From positions 258,111-322,110 of the forward strand of contig CBDBPW010000001.1 of NCBI GenBank assembly GCA_965209045.1: a stretch of DNA of 64,000 bases, read 5' to 3'. The translations under genes were made by a program, and so were the position numbers. Origin of the DNA: Paracoccaceae bacterium (GTDB taxonomy: Bacteria; Pseudomonadota; Alphaproteobacteria; Rhodobacterales; Rhodobacteraceae). This document shows positions 46,937 through 57,817 of this stretch, one piece after another; position 1 is the stretch's first letter; each line of letters opens with the position of its first letter. The notes under the pieces are model-generated. The model was given only the letters and a program-made list of their open reading frames with translations. It did not search any database and had not been told where the DNA came from.

Positions 46937-48331
46937 ATGCAGACAGCGGTTCTCAGGAAACGAATTTGGGGGTGGTTCTTCTTTGACTGGGCCAGCCAAC
47001 CCTATCATACGCTGCTCGTGACCTTTGTCTTCGGCCCGTATTTCGCCGCCGTTGCCACGCAGCACTTCATGGGGTCAGGCCTGCCCGAACAGGCTGCGGA
47101 TGCGCGGGCGCAATCGCTTTGGTCACTTGGCCTGACCGTCTCCAGCCTCGTCGTGGGTCTCGGCGGCCCGGTCCTGGGCGCGCTTGCGGACGCAGCCGGA
47201 CGCCGCATGCCATGGATCATCGTGTTTTCGGCGCTGTGCGTCCTGGGTTCAGGCTCACTCTGGTGGGTGATGCCCGACGGATCGAACCTCGCGTTCGGGC
47301 TCATCGTCTTCGGGATCGGCTTCATCGGGGCCGAGCTCGCGCTGATCTTCACCAACGCGCAGCTTCCCTCCCTCGGCCCGACCAAGGAGATCGGGAAGAT
47401 CTCCGGCTCGGGATACGCCTTCGGATATCTCGGGGGGCTGGTCTCGCTTCTCATAATGCTGGCGCTGTTTCTCGAGCAGGCGTCGGGGACCACGATCGTC
47501 GGCCTGGCGCCAGCCCTGGGCCTTGATCCGGAAGCACGCGAGGGCACGCGCTTCGTCGGACCCCTTGCTGCGGCCTGGTTCGCGGTCTTCATGGTCCCGT
47601 ACTTCCTTTGGGTGCGCGAGGAACCGGCGCTGCGGAAGCGCGCTCATGCCGTCGAATCGCTGAAGCACCTGCTAGACAGGCTGCGCGCGCTGCCAAGGCG
47701 CCCGAGCCTCGCTTCGTTTCTTGGCGGCTCGATGCTCTACCGCGACGGCTTGAACGGGCTCTACGCCTTTGGCGGCACCTATGCGGTCCTCGTCCTGAAC
47801 TGGGAGATCACGCAGGTGGGAATCTTCGGGATCATCGGCCTGATCTCGGCAGCCGTCCTGTCGTGGATCGGTGGAGGCCTTGACCGCCGCTTCGGGCCGA
47901 AGCCGGTCATAACCTTTTGCGTCCTCGCGCTCATCGTGGTCTGCGCCACGATCATGTCGGTGCGCCCAGACAGCATTTTCGGGCTGCCTGTCGCGGCATA
48001 TTGCGGAGCCTCGGGTGCCATTTGCCAGGATCTCCCGCAACTGGTCTTCATGGCCTGCGGCGCCCTCATCGGCGGCCTTGGAGGCATCCTGCAAGCCGCG
48101 AGCCGCACGCTCATGGCGCGCCATGTCGACCCGGACACGGCGACCGAAGCCTTCGGCCTTTATGGCCTTGCAGGGCGGGCCACCGCGTTTCTTGCACCCC
48201 TGCTGATCGGGATCGTTACCGCCATGACCGGCAGCGTGGCCTTGGGCATGACGCCCATAATTGCACTTTTCGCTTCAGGCGCCGTCCTGCTACGATGGAC
48301 CAACCGTGACGGAGATCGAGCAGAAAAATGA
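46937..48331 (+). CDS. MFS transporter (UMF1/Atg22-like family)
   Basis: 464 aa from ATG 46937, about 12 TM segments, N-terminus WGWFFFDWASQPYHTLLVTFVFGPYF. Confidence 0.85.
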   Translation: MQTAVLRKRIWGWFFFDWASQPYHTLLVTFVFGPYFAAVATQHFMGSGLPEQAADARAQSLWSLGLTVSSLVVGLGGPVLGALADAAGRRMPWIIVFSALCVLGSGSLWWVMPDGSNLAFGLIVFGIGFIGAELALIFTNAQLPSLGPTKEIGKISGSGYAFGYLGGLVSLLIMLALFLEQASGTTIVGLAPALGLDPEAREGTRFVGPLAAAWFAVFMVPYFLWVREEPALRKRAHAVESLKHLLDRLRALPRRPSLASFLGGSMLYRDGLNGLYAFGGTYAVLVLNWEITQVGIFGIIGLISAAVLSWIGGGLDRRFGPKPVITFCVLALIVVCATIMSVRPDSIFGLPVAAYCGASGAICQDLPQLVFMACGALIGGLGGILQAASRTLMARHVDPDTATEAFGLYGLAGRATAFLAPLLIGIVTAMTGSVALGMTPIIALFASGAVLLRWTNRDGDRAEK

Positions 48332-49185
48332 ACACCCGGATTCTCAAGGCTTTCGCCATCGCATGTGCGCTTTCCGCTCCTGCGTCCGCCGAACCGATCG
48401 CGAAGGAACTCTTCGGTGCAATGAAGACGCCGTCGGCCGAAGGCAGCGCCCCCATCGGCGGTTACGCCCGTGGCTGCCTGGCCGGGGCGAGCCAGTTGCC
48501 CGAAACAGGTCCGACCTGGCAGGCGATGAGGCTGTCGCGCAACAGGAACTGGGGCCATCCGGAACTGATCGACTTCGTCACGAAGCTCTCGCGGTTCGCC
48601 GCGACGCAGGAAGGATGGGCCGGGCTCTATGTGGGCGACCTCTCGCCGCCTCGCGGCGGTCCCATGTCAGGGCATCGCAGCCACCAGATCGGGCTTGACG
48701 CCGACATTTGGATGCTGCCGCCAATGCGGCTCGACCTCTCGCGGCAGGAGCGGGAGGACCTGTCATCGATTTCGACCCGGCGAGCCAAGGGCGCATACGT
48801 CAACGACAACTGGACGGCCGAGCATCACGCTATCCTCCGCACCGCCGCCGAGGACGAGCGAGTCGCGCGAATCTTCGTGTTTCCCGGTGCCAAGGTTCAG
48901 ATGTGCAACGACGAGACTGGTGACCGGCGGTGGTTGCGGAAGATCCGTCCGTGGTGGGGCCATCATTACCACTTCCACGTTCGGCTGACCTGTCCGGACT
49001 ATGCGACAGACTGCGTGAACCAGGCGCCACCGCCAGAGGGCGACGGATGCGCAGATGCGGAGACCTGGGTCAGGAACATCCTCAACCCGCCGCCGCCGGA
49101 CCCGGACGCACCGCCCCCGAAGCCGCGGCCGGAACTCATGCTCGCCGACTTGCCGGAACGGTGCGCGACGACGTTGACGCGTTGA
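48328..49185 (+). CDS. mepA: penicillin-insensitive murein endopeptidase
   Basis: Signal peptide plus SGHRSHQIGLDADIW and WWGHHYHFHVRL metal-binding motifs. Confidence 0.85.
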   Translation: MNTRILKAFAIACALSAPASAEPIAKELFGAMKTPSAEGSAPIGGYARGCLAGASQLPETGPTWQAMRLSRNRNWGHPELIDFVTKLSRFAATQEGWAGLYVGDLSPPRGGPMSGHRSHQIGLDADIWMLPPMRLDLSRQEREDLSSISTRRAKGAYVNDNWTAEHHAILRTAAEDERVARIFVFPGAKVQMCNDETGDRRWLRKIRPWWGHHYHFHVRLTCPDYATDCVNQAPPPEGDGCADAETWVRNILNPPPPDPDAPPPKPRPELMLADLPERCATTLTR

Positions 49186-49362
49186 CTGAAGGCCTCGCGG
49201 CAGAACTGCCGCCCAAGCCACGCTTCGGACCTGGCTCACCGCTGCGCTTGCCGAGCGGCGTTCCGGGTCGCTTGACCGGCGGGATCTCGAGCGGTATTCG
49301 CCCCGCGTTCCCGTGCCGCCGGGAGCCAAGTCTCCGCAACCTTGCAAAAACGGATTCATCAC

Positions 49363-49986
49363 ATGTCCCGCATCCTGCCCGGCATCCTCTGCATGGCCGC
49401 CATCGTCGTGGCATCCAACATCCTTGTGCAGTTCCTGTTCGGTCAATGGCTGACGTGGGGCGCGTTCACCTATCCGCTGGCATTCCTGGTGACCGACGTG
49501 ATGAACAGGCTCTACGGGGCCGCAATGGCGCGCCGCGTCGTGGTGGCAGGGTTCGCGGTCGGCGTGACCTGCTCCATTGTCGGGACGCAGATCGCAGGAG
49601 AATTCGGACCGCTCGTGACATGGCGGATCGCGGCCGGATCCGGTCTTGCCTTCCTGACCGCGCAATTGCTGGACGTGGCCGTGTTCGACAGGTTGAGAGA
49701 CGGGGTCTGGTGGCGCGCGCCGTTCGTTTCGTCGCTGATCGGCTCGGCGGTCGACACGGCAATCTTCTTCACGGTCGCGTTTTCGGCATGGCTTGCATTC
49801 GTCGAGCCCGGAAACGACGTGAGCTGGGCAAACGCCTTTCTGCCGTTGCTGGGGCTTGGGCCCGCCCTGCCGCTCTGGGTGTCGCTTGCGCTGGCCGACT
49901 GGGGCGTCAAGCTTGGAATCGCCGTTCTGGCACTGGTGCCATTTCGCCTCATTGTCGAGAAACTGGGCGGACAAGACGCAAAATAG
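49363..49986 (+). CDS. yhhQ: queuosine precursor transporter (YhhQ/Vut family)
   Basis: VASNILVQ..FTYPLAFLVTDVMNRLYG..DTAIFFTVAF are the typical YhhQ motifs. First ATG is 49363 (track TTG 49342). Confidence 0.8.
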   Translation: MSRILPGILCMAAIVVASNILVQFLFGQWLTWGAFTYPLAFLVTDVMNRLYGAAMARRVVVAGFAVGVTCSIVGTQIAGEFGPLVTWRIAAGSGLAFLTAQLLDVAVFDRLRDGVWWRAPFVSSLIGSAVDTAIFFTVAFSAWLAFVEPGNDVSWANAFLPLLGLGPALPLWVSLALADWGVKLGIAVLALVPFRLIVEKLGGQDAK

Positions 49987-49991
49987 TTTGA

Positions 49992-50106
49992 CAGCTGCGG
50001 ATTCCGTGCCAACCTCCCCGCAATCGAAACAGGCGAAAGGAGGTGGTCCAGTGTCCAGAGCGATATTGGAGAGAGGTGTCCGGACAGTCGGGAGACCCAT
50101 CAGCTG
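49992..50106 (+). ncRNA. candidate structured leader or riboswitch-like RNA (family unassigned; weak cobalamin-like features)
   Basis: CAGCUG (49992-49997) can pair with CAGCUG (50101-50106). CCAACCUCC (50009-50017) pairs with the SD GGAGGUGG (50039-46). It contains CCCCGCAAUCGAAA, CAGUG-hairpin-GAGAGG and AGUCGGGAGACCC (50086-50098), which resembles a B12 box. Confidence 0.3.
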
Positions 50107-50187
50107 AAGGGCAGACCCTTCGCACAAGCACTCCTGATTGGGCCGCCGGTCATCCCGGTCCCTAACTGGCCCATCTCCAAGACACTC

Positions 50188-50224
50188 GGAAGGGTCGCCT
50201 CGTCGGCGGCCCTTCTTCTTTCCT
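50188..50224 (+). terminator. rho-independent terminator
   Basis: GGAAGGGUCGCC-UCGUC-GGCGGCCCUUCU, a 12-bp stem including two G-U pairs, followed by UCUUUCCU. Confidence 0.7.
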
Positions 50225-50289
50225 GAATGGCCGCGATCCGGCGGTTCCGTGGCGCCGGCGCGGCCTGAATCATCGAAGCGAGCAACCCT

Positions 50290-50709
50290 ATGTGGATCAC
50301 GCCTGACATCGAGCTTGGAGAATGGGAAATCTCAGAGCAGTTTGTCCGCGCTTCAGGTCCGGGCGGACAGAACGTGAACAAGGTTGCGACGGCCGTAGAG
50401 CTGCGCTTCGCAGCTGCGCGTTCGCCCTCATTGCCCGAAGCTGCGAAGCGGCGGCTCAAGCACATTGCCGGCCAGCGCTGGACACGGGACGGAACAGTCG
50501 TGATCCAGGTTTCAGAGACCCGGAGCCAGGCCAGAAACCGCACCATCGCGCGCTCAAGGCTCGCGGACATGATCCGGCGATCACTTGCCAGACCGAAGCC
50601 GCGCGTGAAGACCTCCGTGCCGCCGCGCCAAAGGCGCAAGCGCCTCGAACAAAAGAAACGCCGGAGCGCGATCAAGGCGCTCCGGCGATCTGGCGAAGAT
50701 CCAGACTAG
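50290..50709 (+). CDS. arfB: alternative ribosome-rescue factor ArfB (class I release-factor-like peptidyl-tRNA hydrolase)
   Basis: 139 aa with the GGQ motif in RASGPGGQNVNKVATAVELRF and a basic C-terminal tail. Confidence 0.9.
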   Translation: MWITPDIELGEWEISEQFVRASGPGGQNVNKVATAVELRFAAARSPSLPEAAKRRLKHIAGQRWTRDGTVVIQVSETRSQARNRTIARSRLADMIRRSLARPKPRVKTSVPPRQRRKRLEQKKRRSAIKALRRSGEDPD

Positions 50710-50711
50710 GA

Positions 50712-53006
<2,295 letters not shown>

Positions 53007-53017
53007 CTAGGCTCTTT

Positions 53018-53590
53018 ACCCAAATTTTGACATTCCTGGCTGATTTGTCACCGTCGCCAAAGGCAGTTCACAAGGAGTTCGAGGCATGAGGGGCGACCGG
53101 CACGACATGAGCGACGCGGAGCGGGAAATCCTCCGCCCTGTCCTTCCCCGGAAGCACCAGGGCCCGCGACGGGTGCATGACCGGAGGGTGATGAACGGCA
53201 CCTTCTTCGTGCTTCGCACCGGCACGCCCTGGCGCGACCTCCCGGAGCGGTACGGGCCGTACACGACCTGCTTCAACCGCTACAACCGGTGGAGCGGGAA
53301 CGGCACCCGGGCGTCGATCATGGAGCGGCTTCAAGGCGTGCGGGCAATGACGGCGGGGACGACGACGGCCCGCCCGGCTCGGTTCGACTGCGCATGGTGG
53401 ATTCGTCTTCGGTGCGCGTACACAGGCGTCACGCCGTGGGTCTCCCGGGCCAGTCGGTCGGCTGCAGGCAGGCCAAGACGTTTTTCGCCGGCCTTGAGCG
53501 TGACGAGACGGTGGTCGGCGACCGGACCTCTGACACCGACGCCTTACTTGAACTGATCGGAGAGGTCGGCGCAACCGCCGCGCCTGCGAC
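53018..53590 (+). mobile_element. IS5-family (IS427-group-like) element, left end plus a degraded 5' two-thirds of the transposase; truncated at its inner side
   Basis: MRGDRHDMSDAEREILRPVLP..RRVMNGTFFVLRTGTPWRDLPERYGPYTTCFNRYNRW, then a frame change to ..MVDSSSVRVHRRHAVG... It ends abruptly at about 53590 with no catalytic C-terminal part. Confidence 0.8.
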
Positions 53591-53599
53591 CAGGCTGGT

Positions 53600-54295
53600 T
53601 CAACTCTCTGCCTCTTGCATTCTGGCCATTTTTTGCAGCCTTCGGACAACAAGATGCACACGTGTCGAGGGGTTCTCCTGAAAGGGTGGCTGCCCCTCCT
53701 TGGACGCCTCTTTTAGAGCTTTGTCCGCGCGCGAACATGCTTCGTCTCGCAAGGGCATGATCTCGTCGTAGAACGCATCACAAGTCGCCTTGTCGTACGA
53801 AGCAATGCAGCCGTGGGACGCCTTAAGGTCCTGGATCAGATCTTGCGTTGGTGATCCGGCACCCTCACCGATTGAATAAGGTCTGCGCTCGCCAGAGACG
53901 TGGAATAGATTCCAGATCTCGAAGCTGGGAATGGATGGAACGGCCACGATGGCTTGCCCTCTTAGGGCTTTGCGAGGTTTGAGTGTCGCGGCTTTGGCGA
54001 TGGCTTCATCGTAGGTGGCGTGCCTGTCACGGTCAAAGACGAGGAACACGTGCTCAAAATCAGGATCGTCCGCCAAGAGACCTTCGGCGAATTCAACGAC
54101 ACTGATCAGGGCCGAGCCCCCGTCTCCGGTAATTGTGACACTTGCCGTGGTGAGGCCCAGTTCCCGGATCATGCGGCGGAAGTACTCGGGTTCGGTCTTG
54201 CTGCCTTCGGTGACGATCATGGCGCGTTCCCGCTCTTCGCGGCACGCGGGCCGCCGCCGGGTGTCCCGAGGTGACTTGCCACGTCTCCTGACCAT
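53600..54295 (-). CDS. RloB-like (Toprim-fold) protein, AbiLii-like
   Basis: 231 aa. MIVTEGSKTEPEYF (conserved Toprim Glu in the RloB N-motif) and HVFLVFDRDRH (DxD). Its start is 5 nt after the ATPase stop. Confidence 0.8.
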   Translation of the reverse strand: MVRRRGKSPRDTRRRPACREERERAMIVTEGSKTEPEYFRRMIRELGLTTASVTITGDGGSALISVVEFAEGLLADDPDFEHVFLVFDRDRHATYDEAIAKAATLKPRKALRGQAIVAVPSIPSFEIWNLFHVSGERRPYSIGEGAGSPTQDLIQDLKASHGCIASYDKATCDAFYDEIMPLRDEACSRADKALKEASKEGQPPFQENPSTRVHLVVRRLQKMARMQEAES

Positions 54296-54300
54296 GTCTG

Positions 54301-55557
54301 CTACCCTGTCAGGCGCGGCACCGCCCCGTACCGTCCCTGCAGGTACCCCTTTCGGAAGGGCCGCTCGTCACGTGTCCTGTAATCCGAAAAAGGAATCAGT
54401 CGGGAGGCAAGGTCGTCGCCCTTCTCGACAAGCCAGATCTGATCGCGCCCGATGCAATCTTCTTCCGTGACGGTGGGGTCATGGGTGGTGAAGATAATCT
54501 GGGCATTGTTCGGGTTGGTTTTGGACGAGCAAAACATCCGAATGATGTGGCGGAAGGCGAGGGGGTGCAGGTGTGTGTTGAGTTCGTCCACGACAAGCGT
54601 GTAGCCCTCATCGAGAGTGTCCATGACCGGGCCAATGAGATCAAACAAGGCGCGGGTGCCTGTAGATTCGTCATCGAAGTCCAAACGTGCCTTTGCCCCA
54701 GTCTCGTCCTTGCGATAGGTATAGACTTCCAAAATCCTCATCTCCTTTGGAAATAAGGACTTCAATCGGTTCTGCCGTTCCCTGGGCAGGCTCTTGAAGT
54801 CGTCAGTTTCAAAGGCGCTCCGCTCTTCGGCATTCACGTCTTCCAGCCGCAAGTCAGTATCCTCCAGAATTGCCATCACCCGTTCCTTCCAGGCATCTTC
54901 GTCAAGGCGGCTGGCAGTGTATGGCCCGATTGATTCAACATCGAGATTCGTTTGCAACCCTTCGCTCAGCCAACTGAAGGGGCGCTCCAGGGACTCGGCG
55001 TTGAGCTGTATGGCGGTGCTGAGAATGAGGGCATTTTCGCGTGTTTGCGCTTTCCAGCTTTCACGTTCGCCTTTGAGATGTGTCGCACTTGTCTCCCACT
55101 GGTAGGCGTCACTTTCGGAATCATATTCGCGGGTGAAGATCTGGCGCTGCTTTCGCGTTGCGGATGGGCGTTCGAAGAGCCATTCCTCCCAGATTCGTTC
55201 GGCATCGTAGGCGAAGCCGTACTGGAACAGGCTGCCGCTATGCAGGAAGGTCACCTCGAACTCTGTCGGTGCGTTCCGCCATTTGGAATGAAAGAGATGC
55301 GGCTCGTATTCCTCGATGAGCTTTTCTTCGTTCTTGAACGAGTCTCGGACGAGGGCGCGGACCGTCCTCATGCTCCCGACAAGTCCGGACTTCCCGGACC
55401 CGTTGGCCCCAAAGAGGCAAGCCTGCTGCAGCACGTGTGGCGCACCGTTGTTGCCGGTAGCCACGGCGTTTGGTGTTCCGCTGTTCAACGCGGTCATCAG
55501 GAACCTTTGCCTGTCCCGGAAGGATCGGTGGTTCTGGACTGAAAATTCGACGAGCAT
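54301..55557 (-). CDS. AAA/ABC-type ATPase (AAA_15/AAA_21 class), AbiLi-like
   Basis: 418 aa from ATG 55557. Typical N-terminus MLVEFSVQNHRSFRD, Walker A GANGSGKSG, Walker B-like TLVVDELNTHLHP and IIFTTHDP. Confidence 0.85.
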   Translation of the reverse strand: MLVEFSVQNHRSFRDRQRFLMTALNSGTPNAVATGNNGAPHVLQQACLFGANGSGKSGLVGSMRTVRALVRDSFKNEEKLIEEYEPHLFHSKWRNAPTEFEVTFLHSGSLFQYGFAYDAERIWEEWLFERPSATRKQRQIFTREYDSESDAYQWETSATHLKGERESWKAQTRENALILSTAIQLNAESLERPFSWLSEGLQTNLDVESIGPYTASRLDEDAWKERVMAILEDTDLRLEDVNAEERSAFETDDFKSLPRERQNRLKSLFPKEMRILEVYTYRKDETGAKARLDFDDESTGTRALFDLIGPVMDTLDEGYTLVVDELNTHLHPLAFRHIIRMFCSSKTNPNNAQIIFTTHDPTVTEEDCIGRDQIWLVEKGDDLASRLIPFSDYRTRDERPFRKGYLQGRYGAVPRLTG

Positions 55558-55639
55558 AAGAGACGATCCAAATATGCACCATGTTTCTGACAGAAGTTGC
55601 AAATATAGGCACTTATTTTCGATGCAAAGCGAAAGACAC

Positions 55640-56038
55640 TCTCATTCGCAGAAAATTTCCAATTTGGCAGCGGGATCGAACGGCTGGTTTGCGAACCTGA
55701 GGAGCGGCACACGGCCAGCCATCGGATTGCGGCCGCGATATGCACCTTGCACTCGGACAGCAGTCGGCTTCGACTGCGTCATCGTCAAAGGCGCCGCGCT
55801 CGTATTTCTCGATCCAGATGCGGATGAGCCTGCGGCAAACATCATGACGTTCGCTCTGGGTCCGGAGCGCCTCACCATGCAGGTAGGCCTCGACCACCTC
55901 GCTTTTCTTCCCGGTGCTGTGTCTTCGGTGTCTCTCGGTCATGGAATCTCCTTGCAGAAGGCCCCGGGTGGGGGAAAATTGAATCGCCAATTTTTCCAGC
56001 CGGAGGGGCGCACTCCAATAGTGAGCTACTTTGTCAAT
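55640..56038 (-). mobile_element. IS3-family element stub: left end plus a frameshifted, truncated orfA
   Basis: AAGGAGA precedes ATG 55942. MTERHRRHSTGKKSEVVEAYLHGEALRTQSERHDVCRRLIRIWIEKYERG resembles an IS3 orfA HTH protein. The coiled-coil part continues in another frame. No orfB is present. Confidence 0.65.
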
Positions 56039-56250
56039 GCCTATTGACAGAAAATGCCGTTCATCGCGCTCCCGTCCTGCTGCCATTCCGGCTCCCGATG
56101 CTTGTGTGGAAGAACCAAGCGGAGAATTTCCCGCTCCGCGTCGCGCATGTCGCGCCGGTCGCCGCTCACGCCTCGAACTCCTTGCAAACCGTTCTCGGCA
56201 AAGTTGGCAGATCAGCCCCGAATGTCGAAGTCTGGGTGAACGGCCTAACG
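56039..56250 (-). mobile_element. second IS5-family copy, outer end plus the first ~42 transposase codons, inverted relative to the 53018 copy
   Basis: The reverse complement of 56247-56163 aligns without gaps with 53018-53102 at roughly 75-80 percent identity by my count. It encodes (V)SGDRRDMRDAEREILRLVLP..MNGIF, then breaks at the IS3 end. Confidence 0.75.
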
Positions 56251-56434
56251 GCTTAACTTGTCCGGCTTCCCGTTGACAAGGAAGACCGAAGCGGTTCGGC
56301 ATGCCCGGCGCGGTCCTCATCCTTGCTGAACAAGTCCGCCTTGCACCTGGCCCTGCTCACCGGCCTTTCGGATGCCTTGACATTGCCCCACGCAACGCTG
56401 GCGCCATCAGGGTCCCGTCCTGCCCGGCACGTGG

Positions 56435-57061
56435 TCAGACGATGGACGCCTCGGTGGCCGCCCGGATCTCGTCGCGGCTGACATCCGGCGCGGTCTCGAG
56501 AATGTGCAGCCCCTTGTGGCCGACTTCGAGAACGCCGAGATTGGTGATGATCAGGTCCACTACTCCCTTGCCGGTCAGTGGAAGGGAGCACTCCTTCAGC
56601 AGCTTCGACGCCCCGTGCTTGTTCGTGTGGTCCATGACGACTATCACGCGGCCTACCCCGGCCACGAGATCCATGGCGCCGCCCATCCCCTTGACGAGCT
56701 TTCCGGGGATCATCCAGTTCGCCAGGTCGCCCGCTTCGCTGACTTCCATCGCTCCAAGGATGGCGACGGCGATCTTGCCGCCCCGGATCATCCCGAAACT
56801 CTGCGCGCTGTCAAAATACGCCGTGCGCTTCAGTTCGGTGATCGTCTGCTTGCCCGCGTTGATGAGATCGGGATCCTCTTCGCCCTCGAACGGAAACGGA
56901 CCCATGCCAAGCATTCCGTTCTCGGACTGGAGCGTGATGTCCTTGGCACCGACATAGTTCGCGACCAGCGTCGGAATGCCGATGCCGAGATTCACGTACA
57001 TGCCGTCTTCGAGTTCCTGGGCGGCGCGCTCCGCCATCTGGTTCCTGTCCCAAGGCATCAA
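56435..57061 (-). CDS. scoB: 3-oxoacid CoA-transferase subunit B
   Basis: 208 aa with YVNLGIGIPTLVANY and SENGMLGMGP motifs. Confidence 0.9.
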   Translation of the reverse strand: MMPWDRNQMAERAAQELEDGMYVNLGIGIPTLVANYVGAKDITLQSENGMLGMGPFPFEGEEDPDLINAGKQTITELKRTAYFDSAQSFGMIRGGKIAVAILGAMEVSEAGDLANWMIPGKLVKGMGGAMDLVAGVGRVIVVMDHTNKHGASKLLKECSLPLTGKGVVDLIITNLGVLEVGHKGLHILETAPDVSRDEIRAATEASIV

Positions 57062-57762
57062 GCGGTCTCCTTCTTCTGCACCGTGCGCTGTTCAATCCGC
57101 TTCTCATGCTCCCCCTGGATCAGCCGATGCACGTAAATCCCGGGCAAGTGGATGTGGTCAGGATCGAGGCTCCCCGTGGGCACGATCTCCTCGACCTCCA
57201 TCACGCAGACCTTCCCGCACATGGCGGCGGGCGGATTGAAATTGCGTGCCGTCTTGCGGAAGATCGCGTTTCCGGTCTCGTCCGCCTTCCAGGCCTTCAC
57301 GATGGAGAGATCGGCGAAAATGCCTCTCTCCAGGATGTATGTTTCGCCGCCGAATTCCTTGTGCTCCTTGCCCTCGGCGACCTGCGTGCCGACACCGGTT
57401 CTCGTGTAAAAGCCAGGAATGCCGCAGCCGCCAGCGCGCATCCGCTCTGCAAGGGTGCCTTGGGGATTGAATTCGATCTCAAGCTCTCCTGACAGGTATT
57501 GCCGCATGAACTCGTCGTTTTCGCCGACGTAGGAACTCATCATCTTCCTGACCTGTCTGGTCTCCAGCAGGATTCCGATTCCGAAATTGTCGACGCCGGC
57601 ATTGTTCGACGCGAACGTGAGACCCTTGACCCCGCTGACCTGGATTGCCTGCAGCAGGAGTTCAGGTATTCCGCAAAGGCCGAACCCTCCCGCGGCAATC
57701 AGCATGTCGTCGCGCAGGAGCCCGTCGAGCGCTTCGGTCGCGTTCGCAAAGATCTTTTTCAT
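57058..57762 (-). CDS. scoA: 3-oxoacid CoA-transferase subunit A
   Basis: 234 aa with MLIAAGGFGLCGIPE. Overlaps scoB by 4 nt. Confidence 0.9.
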   Translation of the reverse strand: MKKIFANATEALDGLLRDDMLIAAGGFGLCGIPELLLQAIQVSGVKGLTFASNNAGVDNFGIGILLETRQVRKMMSSYVGENDEFMRQYLSGELEIEFNPQGTLAERMRAGGCGIPGFYTRTGVGTQVAEGKEHKEFGGETYILERGIFADLSIVKAWKADETGNAIFRKTARNFNPPAAMCGKVCVMEVEEIVPTGSLDPDHIHLPGIYVHRLIQGEHEKRIEQRTVQKKETA

Positions 57763-57817
57763 GGATCGAACCCCTTCGTAAGAACCGCTGCGGTTCTGCC
57801 CCCGCGCCCGGACAAAG

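Noticed and set aside
49186-49362. Possible preQ1 riboswitch upstream of the queuosine-precursor transporter yhhQ (GGGAG-CCAAGU-CUCC hairpin, possible CAAG/CUUG pseudoknot, CAAAAAC tract).
   Set aside because: The loop is too short. The A-rich tract lies after the putative P2 strand rather than before it, and the conserved preQ1-I nucleotides are not recognisable. It would need cmscan to revive.
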